A stretch of 57,103 nt of DNA from Saprolegnia diclina VS20 (GCF_000281045.1 NW_008246082.1:660910-718012); one strand, 5' to 3'; numbered from the stretch's first letter, positions 46,772-57,103 are shown. Notes: generated from the sequence alone by a model not told the origin. A program made the numbers and translations.

Positions 46772-47965
46772 ATGCTTTGGCTCGCAACGCTCCTGGCCGG
46801 CGCCGCCCTCGCCGCCAACCCGTCGGCCACGACGTACGACATCCTCGCGACGCGGCTCGAAGGCAGCACGCGCGTGAGCACGGTCCGCGCCGACATGGTC
46901 TTTGCGTCGTCGACGGTCGAGATGCAATTCCTGCTCTCGGACCACTCGATCATGGGCGCCATGTTCATGGAGGACGGGATCCGCGAGCAGGCCGTGTACC
47001 CCGGCTTCGCCGTCATGCAGGCGTCCATCTTCCTCGAGCGCCAGCTGGACCGCGCGCTCCAGATTGGCCTCGGCGTCGGGACTGTCCCGACGTTCCTGCG
47101 CACCAACGGCGTGCCGACCGACGCGGTCGAGCTCAGCGCCGCGACCGTCGAGATGGCCGCGTCGTACTTTGAGTACGAAGACTGCCGCGTCGCGCCGTGT
47201 CCGCGCGGCCAGACGTACGTCATGGACGGCCTCCAGTTCCTCGCGGACGAGCCGGCATTGCCGTACGACCTCGCCATCATTGACGTCTACACGGGCTTCA
47301 ACGTCCTCCCGTTCTACACGCAGGAGACGCTCACGCGCATTGACAAGCGATGGCTCACCCGCCACGGTACGACGGCCGCCTTCGTCGTCGCTCGTCCTCA
47401 TCGACATGCCCCTAGGCGTCGTCGTCATGAACTTTGTCGGCTACTACAACGAGCCCAACATGGACATTGTCCACGCGATCCGCGCGACGTTCAAGTCGGT
47501 CTTCCGCCACGTGCGCGTCTTCCGCGAGATGCCCGCCAACGACCTCCACGAGCCTGCGAACTTGATCTTCTACGCATCCCAGGCGCCCATCACGTTCAAG
47601 TTTCCGCCGGGTCTCGAGACGCCGCCGCCGGGCTACTACGAGGCACGACCCTCCCGCATGCTCTCAGATCTCATACCTCGATTCTTAGGCGCTGGTCACC
47701 TTCCAGGACTGGGAGGTACTACGATGACAACGATCCTCAGAGATGGTCATGCTGCGGTGCGATGTAGATGCTCAAAGAGGACGAGGTCCAGGTTGATGCC
47801 GATGGCTCCGTTGCGGCGCGGTCGGCTGTCTTGACCACGACGACCGACCTCACGCAGTTTGAAGCGACGCACGTAGCGACTGTGACCTATATGGAGGCGC
47901 GCTGCAAGGCGCTGCTGCCCGACGCCATGTGGTCCGAGCTCGATGCGATGGCCACCGACGATTGA
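46772..47965 (+). CDS. Spermidine-synthase-like class I SAM-dependent methyltransferase with signal peptide, spliced
   Basis: MLWLATLLAGAALAA signal; ALQIGLGVG, DAVEL, DGLQFL, YDLAIIDVY, GVVVMNFVG and NLIFYAS. Confidence 0.8.
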
Positions 47966-48014
47966 GGCCAGTGAGAGTATACACAGCACAAAATGAGTTT
48001 CTATTCTACGTAGT

Positions 48015-49331
48015 TTAATACTCGTCTTCGTCCTCGTCCTCGTCTTCGTCGTCGTCTTCGGCCGTCTCGAGCCAGCTCAGCCACTCGGTCGTCTCGATAA
48101 ACGCCTGCATCTTGCCGGGCGTGTTGTCCTCCGTGTCGTACTTGTACTCGATGAAGGCCTCGTCCGCGATCACGTCAAAGGCGTAGAGGGCCTTGAAGCA
48201 CGTCTCCATCATGCCCTTGGTCTTCTTCCCGTCCAAGCCGCGGTTCTCGTGCATGAAGAGCTGGAGCGCGTACAGCGCCTTGAGCTGCTCCTTGGGCGAC
48301 GTCGGCGCCATGACGTACGCCATAAACGCACCATACTCGTCGGGCGTCATCCACTTGACGCTCGACGTGGCCGTAAACTGGTTGTGCTTGACGAGCGCGG
48401 CCATGACGACGGCCGGCACGAGCTTCGTGCCCTTCAAAAGGGGCTTGGCGGCCGCGACGAGCGCTTCGCCCTTCTTCTCGGTGGCGAGGATCGACGTCAT
48501 GATTTCGGCGGCCTTGGCAGCAGCGGCGGCTTCGGCTTCGGCGGCAGCCTTCTTCTCTTCCTTGGCCTTGGCGATGGCTTCATCTTCAAGGCGCTTCTTT
48601 TCCTTCTTCTCCGCGATGCGGGCGGCCTTCTCCTCCTCCTTCTTCTTGCGAGCAATCTCGGCAGGGTCTTCCTTGGGCTCGTTGATCGTCTGGCGTTCGT
48701 ACGCCGACGTGACGCGCTCAACGTCGCCGCCGAAGCGGCCGCTGTCACGGCTGTTGAAGCGGTCACCGGCAAAGCGGCCGCCATCACGGTCGCCGTAACG
48801 GTCACCACCAAAGCGGCCACCGTCGCGGTCGCCGTAGCGATCACCACCGAAGCGGCCGCCGTCGCGGTCACCGAAGCGGCCGCTGTCGCCGCCACGCGAG
48901 AAGGCGCGCGAGAACTTGTCGTCGTCGGCGCCGCGCGAGTCGCGGAAGGACGAGCCGCCCGACGGGCCGTCTTCGCCACGGCGCGAGAGGTTCAAGCGCA
49001 TGTGGGCGGGGCGCTCTTCGAAGCGCTCTTCACGGCCGCCACGGAAGCTGGAGCCACCACCGCGGAAGCCCTCGTCGCCACCACGGAAGCTGGAGCCACC
49101 GGCGCTGGTGCGGTCGCCGCGCCAGCGGTCCGAGCCGTCGCTGCGCATGGGCTCGCGGTCACGGCGGTCGCCGCCGCCACGGCCACCACGGTAGCCGCCA
49201 TCGTCGTCATCCGTGCGAGCGCGAGGGCCCTTGGGGAGCGCATCGAGGCCGACGGGCACGGGGGCACGGCCGTTGCTGTCGGCCGTCGACAGGAAGTCGC
49301 TCAAGCCCATCTTGACACCTTTGCGGGACAT
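48015..49331 (-). CDS. eIF4B-like RG/DRYG-rich protein with C-terminal W2 (eIF4G/eIF5/eIF2B-epsilon) domain
   Basis: Intronless 438 aa: KGVKMGLSDFL, ALPKGPRAR, RLNLSRR, DRYG repeats and a coiled coil; W2 boxes FKALYAFDVIADEAFIEY and EWLSWLETAEDDDEDE. Confidence 0.8.
   Translation of the reverse strand: MSRKGVKMGLSDFLSTADSNGRAPVPVGLDALPKGPRARTDDDDGGYRGGRGGGDRRDREPMRSDGSDRWRGDRTSAGGSSFRGGDEGFRGGGSSFRGGREERFEERPAHMRLNLSRRGEDGPSGGSSFRDSRGADDDKFSRAFSRGGDSGRFGDRDGGRFGGDRYGDRDGGRFGGDRYGDRDGGRFAGDRFNSRDSGRFGGDVERVTSAYERQTINEPKEDPAEIARKKKEEEKAARIAEKKEKKRLEDEAIAKAKEEKKAAAEAEAAAAAKAAEIMTSILATEKKGEALVAAAKPLLKGTKLVPAVVMAALVKHNQFTATSSVKWMTPDEYGAFMAYVMAPTSPKEQLKALYALQLFMHENRGLDGKKTKGMMETCFKALYAFDVIADEAFIEYKYDTEDNTPGKMQAFIETTEWLSWLETAEDDDEDEDEDEDEY
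48730..48890 (-). repeat. Coding repeat GGRFGGDRYGDRD (DRYG-type)
   Basis: Imperfect 39-bp units within the ORF. Confidence 0.8.
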
Positions 49332-49581
49332 GGTTCCTCTTCAAAGTAGTAATTCAAAGTGAGGCACGCGGCGTGGCTTATTTTATTGACCGACCCGTGT
49401 CGGTTCCATACATTCGGGGAGTATTTTTATAAAATCGATTGGCTCTCATGACCACCGTTCGCGCCCGCCAATCACATCCAACCCCATCAACCACGAGCCA
49501 ATCAGCGACGATGGTCCTGTCGCTCCGAAGATACCGCCTTTCTCTCCCATCGACGACTGTCAGTGCCACCACGCCTTGCGC

Positions 49582-49662
49582 GTTCTGGTCGAGAGTTCTG
49601 GTAGCTCGAGTGTTCTGGTACAAGAGCGGATTCTGGTAGCTAGTTCTGGTTCTGGTAGCTAG
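49582..49662. repeat. Non-coding cluster of six TTCTGGT(AGCT) units
   Basis: TTCTGGT at about 49583, 49596, 49613, 49631, 49644 and 49650. Confidence 0.75.
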
Positions 49663-50099
49663 TCACCGGCATGGCAGCCGACAAGCATCTCGCCGTGTAG
49701 CAGCTTCTCGTTCGACAAAGCAAGTTGCCTTCAAGTCGCGAGACGGGTGTTCATAACGTGTAGCATGATTCTACCGGTAGTCCATGGCAGGTTAGCTTAT
49801 GCATTTGTTGTTGAATGACTTACTATCCTGCAGAGGGTCCGCTCAGCCAAGGACTGGACTCAGTTTGGGACCGTTGGCTCAACGCACGGCGAACCTCCAA
49901 CCACCGAAAATCATCTCGCACGATCTTGCAGGTCCATGTCGTACTAGCTTCCAAAGCTTCTGCTCATCACCATTGCTACTGCCGCCTTCTCTTCCCTCTT
50001 CCATCCACCTGAAGCCACGTGAAGCGACCCTTCCGGTCGCCTCGTCGCATGAGGTCAAGTAGCCGCGACGGAGCTGATAGATGATGCAATGTAGCATTA

Positions 50100-52947
50100 T
50101 TAATGCAAGGCGAACTGGGCGTAGAGAGGTCCAATGGCGGCCATGTTGCGGTGCACGGCATGCTGAAGCGGCATAAGGTAGTACTCCATGTTGCCGTTCT
50201 CACGGGCGTGGCGCGTCGGCGGGTGGTCGCTCAGGTAGAGCCACAGCGCGTGCAGGATCGATCGAATGTCCAGCGGTGTCAGACGCGGGAACAGCGTCCC
50301 GCAGCCTTGGAGCGGCTCGGGGATCCACTGCGTCTGCGCAATGACCGCCATGACCTCCAACGTCACCGCGAGCATGTGCGACATGTGCAGATACGGCGGC
50401 GTGCCATCGTCTTGGACGTCGTCGAGGCGCTGGTGTCGACGCGCGTGCCAGTAGTTGATGAGCACAACGAGGAGGCTCTTGAGCAGCGGGAGGCAGCGCA
50501 ACACCGCATGCGGCGGGCCGTACGCAACGATGCACTCGAGGAGCGAGACCACAAACGGGTAGTGCAGTAACCACTGCTCCATGCGCAGATCCACGTCAAA
50601 GTTGGTGCGCTCGGGCAGCACGTCCTAGACATACGATCAGCTCACGCAGCGTTGGCATGCATAAACGTACGCGGTACTGTTCATCGGCCGGCATAAACAC
50701 GGCGACCGGCAGCATGCGCTCCACGAGCAGATCGACGAGGCCGCTCCAGTCTGGCTGCGTCGCCAGCAACAGCGCCTTGGCCTCAATACCGCACGCGACG
50801 GCGGCCGCCATCTTCTCCTTGTGCAGTCCCTGGAGCGTCGCATCGTACGTCGACGGCGCCGGGAGCGCAGCGTCGACCCACTTGGCGCGGCCGAGCTGCA
50901 GTTGCGCCAGCACCGTGGTCGACACCTCGCGACTCGCGTCTTTGGTCGTGCTGTCGACTGGGAACGGGTCGTACGGACGCAGCGTGTTGGCTGCCGAGAG
51001 CTTGCGAAACACGTGGCCAGCGTCCGAGACGGGTCGGTCGTCCGGCTGGAAAAAGTTGAGTTCCGGCGGCACATTGTGCGCAATGGTCGTCGGCGCGTGC
51101 GCGCTCAGAATTGCGTCCACAAAGAGACACGTAAACGTGGTCGCGACCGACGCGGGATACGCTGCGACACCGCCGCCGTCGGCGATGATGCGCGAGAGCA
51201 CGCGTGTGAGGCTGGCGACCGGCCGCTCTTTCCCAAGGCGGCGAAAGAAGAGCTGCAAAAGGGCGTAGATGCACGTGTATTGCCAGATCGGGTCCTCGAG
51301 CGTCGGGTACGGCAGTGATTCGAGCACCGAGAGCGCCAAGTCGGACGTCGCGTCCTCCGCGCTGCGGGCTTGCGCCAGTACAGCGTGCCAGTGGGCCACA
51401 CCTGAGCTCGCTTTCCACGCCGCGAGCGCGTCCAGTTGGCCGACGATCGAGTGCGCAGCGGGCTCTTCGACGTCGGCGCTCGGCGGTACGAGCGCGATGA
51501 ACCCTCGCAAGGCGCGCTGCGTCTGGTGCGGGTGCGCAGCTGAGAGCTGGGACGCGAGCAGGTCTAACATGCTCGCAATCGATGCCGGGGGCAAGTGCGG
51601 CAGCAGCTGCTGGCATCGCGCGAGGCCGCTGGGTAGGTGCAGCAGTGCGCTACAAACCTACAGCCACGCTTGACGCCCACGCAGTGTAGTATTCTTCTAC
51701 CTCTCGGATCTGCGCAGCGCTGCCGTGGCGAGCGACGAGTGGCCAAAAGTAGACATGGAACGACGACGGCGCGTCATTGGCCGGCAGCGTCGTCACGAGG
51801 TGCGCGAGCGACTCGATCGTGCGACGGAAAAAGAGCGCGTTGGTCGGGAGATACGCGAGGTACTCGGCGTGGAAGGGGCACTCAGGCCCGAGGCTTTCGA
51901 GCGCAACAATGACTTGGACCGGCGTTCGAACCAGCTCGGCGGCGCGCGCCGTACACAAGTCGAGGAGGTGGCGCCGAACGTCGGGGGACGCGAGGCGGCG
52001 TTGCAGCGTGTCGGCCGGGGCCGTCGAAAAATGTTGATCGCAAGCGAGGACAAGCTGCGGGCACTCGCGGAGGACGCTCAGGAGGAGGCAGAGGTGCTCA
52101 TCCGAGGCGGTTGCGACGACGGCAACGACAGCCGGTGCAATGTACAGCGGGTACGTCGGGACGAGGAAGGTCGTGAGGTTCGCGAGAAGGCTTGGCGACG
52201 TCTGGGCGCCGTCTACGCGGAAATTCAGCTCAAGATAGAGACATCGTGAGTGGCTCACGCGTTGCGATCGTTCGGAGCGTGTACTCAAGCAGTGGTCGCG
52301 TCGCATTGGTCCCGAGGAAGGCCAGGAGCCACGCCCACGTCGTCCCGTCGGCTTCGATCCACGTCATGAGCATGGTCATGAGGTCGCTGAACGTAGACTC
52401 GGCGTCGGGACGACACCAGACCATCGAGACGCAGCGACGCGCGATCCCAAGCAGGACGCGGTAGATCGGGTGCCCGTTGGCGGCCTGGATCCTCGTGCGC
52501 GGTGGTATTGCCACGTCACCGTCTTTTGCGCCAACAAGGCTTGCAAGCGGAATCGCCTGGTGCGTTTCGAACAAGCAGGTCATCGTCGCGCTCATGACGC
52601 CAACAAGCGTCGTGCTCGGCAGCGGCTCCATGTTGAGGGGCTCTTGCAGCGCCCATGTGCACCGGAGAATGGCTTCCATGTCTAGACATAGAGCGATACT
52701 TAGCGAGCTGCGTGGCTGAGCTAGCGTACCTGGCGCGGCCGACGTCGTGGCGGCTACATGCTCCGGCGCCAGGCGAGGTTGCTTTTTCGGGCGTGTCTTC
52801 TTGGTCTTGCCTTTGCCTTGCACGTACTTCTACATGGACCGACACGCTGAGATCACGGGCCTGTACATGCGGTTGGACCTTGACGGCGGCCTGGAACTGC
52901 ACCGGGAGATCGTCCGGCACGACGGTCTCGGGCGGCGCAAGAGTCAT
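50100..52947 (-). CDS. INTS5: Integrator complex subunit 5-like protein, spliced
   Basis: C-terminal exon DVDLRME..HYPFVVSLLECI..RCLPLLKSLLVVLINYW..WIPEPL..LFPRLTPLDIRSILHALWLYLSDHPP..LQHAVHRNMAAIGPLYAQF follows the INTS5 C-terminal pattern. Upstream exons are helical-repeat-like. Confidence 0.7.
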
Positions 52948-53562
52948 GGGCAGCTTGGTCGCTTGCCCCACACAAGTCGAAACTTTATTGAAGGCTATTA
53001 AATAATGTTATATAGTATCGTATATAGTGTAATCTTAAATTATCTAAATAGTATGTGATGAGTCGAACGTGGCAAAACGTGGCTTGGTGTGGCGGATACC
53101 ACGTTTAACTGTTTGTCCTATTTCTCTAGTAATACGGCTCGCATGGAAACACAACTTAGTGGATTATGTCCTCAAAAGCGTCGGCTACCGCTGTGCCAAA
53201 GTAGGGCGATTTCATTTTTCAACCATGTTTGGCGATCCGATCGACTTGGAACTTGTTGGGCGTGACTATATGTGGCAAAATGTGCTATATATGGCACATA
53301 CCATATTTAATGATTTGACATGCTACTAGTGCAATACTGTCCGCACGGCAACGCGGCTTGGCGAATTGTGCTCTCCAAAGTGCCAGCTACCTTTGTGCCA
53401 AGATAGGGCGATTTCATTTTCCAACACAATTTGGCGCTGCCATCGCCCTGGAATCGGGCTGAGGTCATTGTGCTTGCTATTCATTGGTCAAAATAACTCT
53501 AAAGTGGCGAATGGGATCCACCTTTCGAGGAAACTTCGAAGCATTATAGCCAATCCAGGGCC

Positions 53563-53662
53563 NNNNNNNNNNNNNNNNNNNNNNNNNNNNNNNNNNNNNN
53601 NNNNNNNNNNNNNNNNNNNNNNNNNNNNNNNNNNNNNNNNNNNNNNNNNNNNNNNNNNNNNN
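53563..53662. other. Assembly gap (100 N)
   Basis: Run of N. Confidence 0.99.
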
Positions 53663-53898
53663 GCCTGGAACTGCACCGGGAGATCGTCCGGCACGACGGA
53701 CTCGGGCGGCGCAAGGGTCATGGGCAGCTTGGTCGCTTGCCCCACACAAGTAGAAACTTTATTGAAGGTATCTAAATACTGTTGGTCCATATTTTATATA
53801 GTGTTGAATTAGATTATCTAAATAGTATGTGATGATATGAATGCGGCAAGAAGTGGCTGGGTATGGCGGTGCCATTTTTAAAGTTCGTCCTATTTCTC
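53663..53898 (-). repeat. Diverged duplicate of the INTS5-like 5' coding end and promoter (52889..53127)
   Basis: GCCTGGAACTGCACCGGGAGATCGTCCGGCACGACGG... is shared; the coding part is nearly identical and the upstream part visibly diverged. Confidence 0.9.
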
Positions 53899-55606
53899 TT
53901 GTGAATCGTGTTTGTGGTTATTCGCGCGTCAAACGTGGGCATTTACACATCTCCAGCTTGCGTCTCTGAGCCTGTACGTATTGGTCGACGTGAGGCGGCA
54001 AGAAGGATGGCTAATCGTTGGGCCAATGACGAATGCGAGGTGACGAGGAACAGTGCTCTTCTACCGACCGTATCCGAAATACCGGATAATCTGGTCGAAA
54101 TGGTTGACGAGAAAGAGGTGGTCGGGAAAGCGCGCGCGAGGCCAAACAGCCCGCTGAGATCCTGACGCGCATCGCCGCTGTACTAGCTCCTCGTTTGCTG
54201 CTGCCTTTTGATGTTGGTGAACGCTGCCTTTTGCGGCAAGTGACGCGCCTGGACAATGCACCGGCTCGCGCCTGTGACGATTCCGCACTGCGCCATGATC
54301 CCGATAACGGCAACGATCTGCATCGTTTTGATGGAGCCGTCGACGATCGCGGTTGCCACTGAAGGCCGCTCCCACGTCCGCCAAAGGCGGCGACGTCGCG
54401 GCGCTAGCTTTTGATCCTGCAGTACGTGATTCTAGATTTCGGTTTCTCCTCACACCGTTTGTAGGGACAATAAAGTGACACGAACATCAAGCACATTATG
54501 TGTGGCTCCAATGTCTTGTGCGTGAGCTCGGTGGGAGAGTGCGCCGTAGAAGGAAGAGACTCTGGGAAACGTGTGGTCGATGCGATGTTCGCGCCTCCAG
54601 TCGGTCCCCGACGTCTTCACAATCGCGTCCAAGGCATTCGGTAGCAAGACGTTTGGCCAGACCTCCGCTTCACGCCGGTTCATGGCTGCTCACAGACGAC
54701 CACGACAAGATCCTTTCGCATCACTCGGCCGCCAGTCAGCGCTCCGAACGGCTGTTTCGTCCCACCTTGAGAAGGCGCCTCGCATGATCAGCTCGGTCTC
54801 TCAGACGAGTGAGATCGCGGTATGCTTGGCCGCTCGAATTGTCTGCCGTCCATCTCAACAGCCTATTGTCCCAACGACTCCAACTTCTCGCCAAGCCCCG
54901 CAATGCGAACTCGTCGGTTGTCGTTGTCCAACGAACTCTCGTCTGAAAACGCGCGTGGTCAACTCGCCAAAGCGATCGTCCGAGCGTCTCGCCGTGAAAG
55001 AGCCCTCAACCGCCGACGTTGGCGCCAGTCGCATACTCGGCAAGGTCGTGCCTTCAAGATCGATCTTCAAGCCCGTCTCTACCCAATGCACCGTGGCATT
55101 GGTCTCGCATCGAAACGCTTGAACTTGTAAGGCTCTCCTTGCAGCGCGCTGCAAAGGTCCGCCGTTTGGCCAATAGTATGTTTGACGCTAATGTGTACTA
55201 CTGTAGTACGAGCACGTGCAACCGGTCCGTTTTGAAGATCTCGTGCCTCCTCAAGCTCATTGCGTTGGCCGACGACGCTTTCACGAGCGTGTGTTGGCTT
55301 GAGCTCAGGTGCTTTCGTACCTCCTCGCGACGATGTTGCAGACATCCGAGTGACCCATGGCGACCATCTCGAGCACCGTGCTGCAACACCGATTTGCAAC
55401 GACGCGGTCTCTGCCACGCAAGCTCTTGGCGGCCTTGTGAGACGACGGTTCGCTACGTGCGTCGTTGCGCGCGTCCTTCATCGGTTTCTCATGCCATTTC
55501 GTAGACGAGCCAATGATCAGCGTCCGTGCATTCGTCGACGCTCCGATTGGTCGAAAATCGGAATATTTCAATCTTCGGGTCAGTGGCATTCGACCTTGCA
55601 GTAGTG

Positions 55607-57103
55607 ATGGCGAGAGGCAAGGACATCCCGTGGGAAGACACGATGACGCTCTTGACCCTCTACCGCGCGGCCCATGGCCACCTCAAGGTGCAGGGCGAGT
55701 TCATCGTTCCGGCCCAGGAGCCCTGGCCGGCGATCTATCACGGCAAGGACCTCGCCATGGTCTTGCGCAACCTGCGCCGCCACGCGTGCAACTACGATGC
55801 AGATCGCTTTGACGGGCTCGAGGAGCTTGGCTTCGTCTGGCGAATGCCGCGCGGCAATCACCAGATTGTCACGTACTGGGCCAACGCAACAACCAAGTGG
55901 CTCGTCAATGGCATGCCTCTGACGTCGCTCGTGGCGCAGTTGAAGACGTACCACGAAGAGTCCCACAACTTGGACATCCCGGCGGCGCTCACCGTCGAGA
56001 TGCAAGACGGCCATCAGAGCACGTTCCACGTCGCTCTCGCGTACGCGCCGCGATTGCTCCGCGCTCACTTTTACGAGCTCTCGGTCGCCGACGTGGACGT
56101 TCTGCACGGCCTCGGTCTCTTTCCCGAGCTTCCGCAGTGGGCTATTGTCAAGGCTCTATTCTCGCGGTACAAGGAGCGTCTCCACAGCGACGCGGTGCCG
56201 GTCAACTTCGAAGTGCCGGCCACGTGGGAGAACGTGTACCGCGGTATCCGCCTTGGCGAGCTCGCCTGGTACCTTTATCTCAAGTTCTCAGAGCTGCCCG
56301 AGGACAAGCGTCAAGAGCTCGACGAACTCGGCTTGCAGTTCAACGTGCCGGCGACGTGGGCGCCGATCGTGGACGGCCTCCGGGCGTACGTGACGCGCGT
56401 CGGCGACGCCAACGTCCCAGAAGGTCATCTGGAGCAAGTTGGCGGGGAGTCTCTGCGCCTGGGCTACTGGGTCGTCAAGCTTTGGCGCGCAAAAGAACTC
56501 CGCTTGCTCCCTGCCGACACATTGGCCGATGTCGTGTGGGCCGCGCCACCAACGGCAATGGTAGCCGTCTCTCGTCCTCGTCGTTCATCACCTGCTCCAG
56601 CAACGGCTCGTCGCGCACATCCCGCTCAAGCAACGGCTCGTCGTGCACATCCCGCTCCAGCAACGGCTCGTCGCGCACATTCCGCTCCAGCAGCGGGATA
56701 CGGTGCTTCACCGAGCTCATCGGTGCGCAGATCGGCGCGCATCGCCACTCTTTTGCGCTCGCAACCTCTTCCCGGGCCAGATGTCGCACCGGCGTCAGAC
56801 GCTGATCTTGAGTCGGCGGACAGCAGCGACCGTAGCAGCTCTGACGGCAGTGTGAGTGCTTATGAGTACGACGAGGACGACGACTCGGACGACGAGTACG
56901 ACGACTCGGACGACGAGTACAACGACTCGGACGACGAGTACAACGACTCGGACGCCGACGCTGGTCGCGAGGCGGCGGCCGACACTGAATCGGACGAGGA
57001 GTACAAGAACCCGGACGCTGGTCGCGAGGCGGCGGCCGACACTGAATCGGACGAGGAGTACAAGAACCCGGACGCTGGTCGCGAGGCGGCGGCCGACACT
57101 GAA
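55607..57103 (+). CDS. Helicase-associated (HA) domain repeat protein with repetitive acidic tail; open at window end
   Basis: Manually translated frame with no stop to 57103 and absent from the ORF track. About four HA-like units (W....L..Y...HGHLKV..FIVP..W...LEELGFVW; KRQELDELGLQF; GDANVP..LGYWV). Confidence 0.8.
   Translation, partial: MARGKDIPWEDTMTLLTLYRAAHGHLKVQGEFIVPAQEPWPAIYHGKDLAMVLRNLRRHACNYDADRFDGLEELGFVWRMPRGNHQIVTYWANATTKWLVNGMPLTSLVAQLKTYHEESHNLDIPAALTVEMQDGHQSTFHVALAYAPRLLRAHFYELSVADVDVLHGLGLFPELPQWAIVKALFSRYKERLHSDAVPVNFEVPATWENVYRGIRLGELAWYLYLKFSELPEDKRQELDELGLQFNVPATWAPIVDGLRAYVTRVGDANVPEGHLEQVGGESLRLGYWVVKLWRAKELRLLPADTLADVVWAAPPTAMVAVSRPRRSSPAPATARRAHPAQATARRAHPAPATARRAHSAPAAGYGASPSSSVRRSARIATLLRSQPLPGPDVAPASDADLESADSSDRSSSDGSVSAYEYDEDDDSDDEYDDSDDEYNDSDDEYNDSDADAGREAAADTESDEEYKNPDAGREAAADTESDEEYKNPDAGREAAADTE
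56591..57103 (+). repeat. Coding tandem repeats: 30-bp (PAPATARRAH)x3, 21-bp (DSDDEYN)x3+ and 57-bp (DAGREAAADTESDEEYKNP)x2.5+
   Basis: Units visible at ~56591-56690, ~56882-56953 and 56957/57014/57071. Confidence 0.9.

Noticed and set aside
56882..57103. CRISPR-like appearance of regular repeats
   Set aside because: Units are contiguous, in-frame coding repeats with no unique spacers, there are no cas genes, and the context is eukaryotic.

Overview
Gene-dense, GC-rich eukaryotic window with very short (~35-55 nt) spliceosomal introns and oomycete-type INR/FPR promoter elements. It most resembles a Saprolegniales oomycete (Saprolegnia-like; this is inference). About 27 protein-coding genes are supported: three intronless equilibrative nucleoside transporter paralogs, ornithine aminotransferase, AP-2 alpha, an ankyrin/B-box/TPR/RGS-like multidomain gene, a BART-domain gene tail-to-tail with ARL6/BBS3, IFT43, a DUF866/CZIB homolog lacking both CXXC motifs, an atypical bZIP, a Cdc1/MPPE1 metallophosphoesterase, CstF-64, KDM5/JARID1, an A1 aspartic protease, a channel-type CLC, an RIIa-domain/guanylate kinase fusion, a signal-peptide SAM methyltransferase with a probable GC-AG intron, an eIF4B-like/W2 chimera, an INTS5-like gene whose 5' end is duplicated across a 100-N gap, and an HA-repeat ORF that runs off the window end. 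No rRNA, tRNA, CRISPR array or intact transposon was recognised. Family calls come from motif recognition by eye, not database searches, and exon boundaries of spliced genes are approximate.
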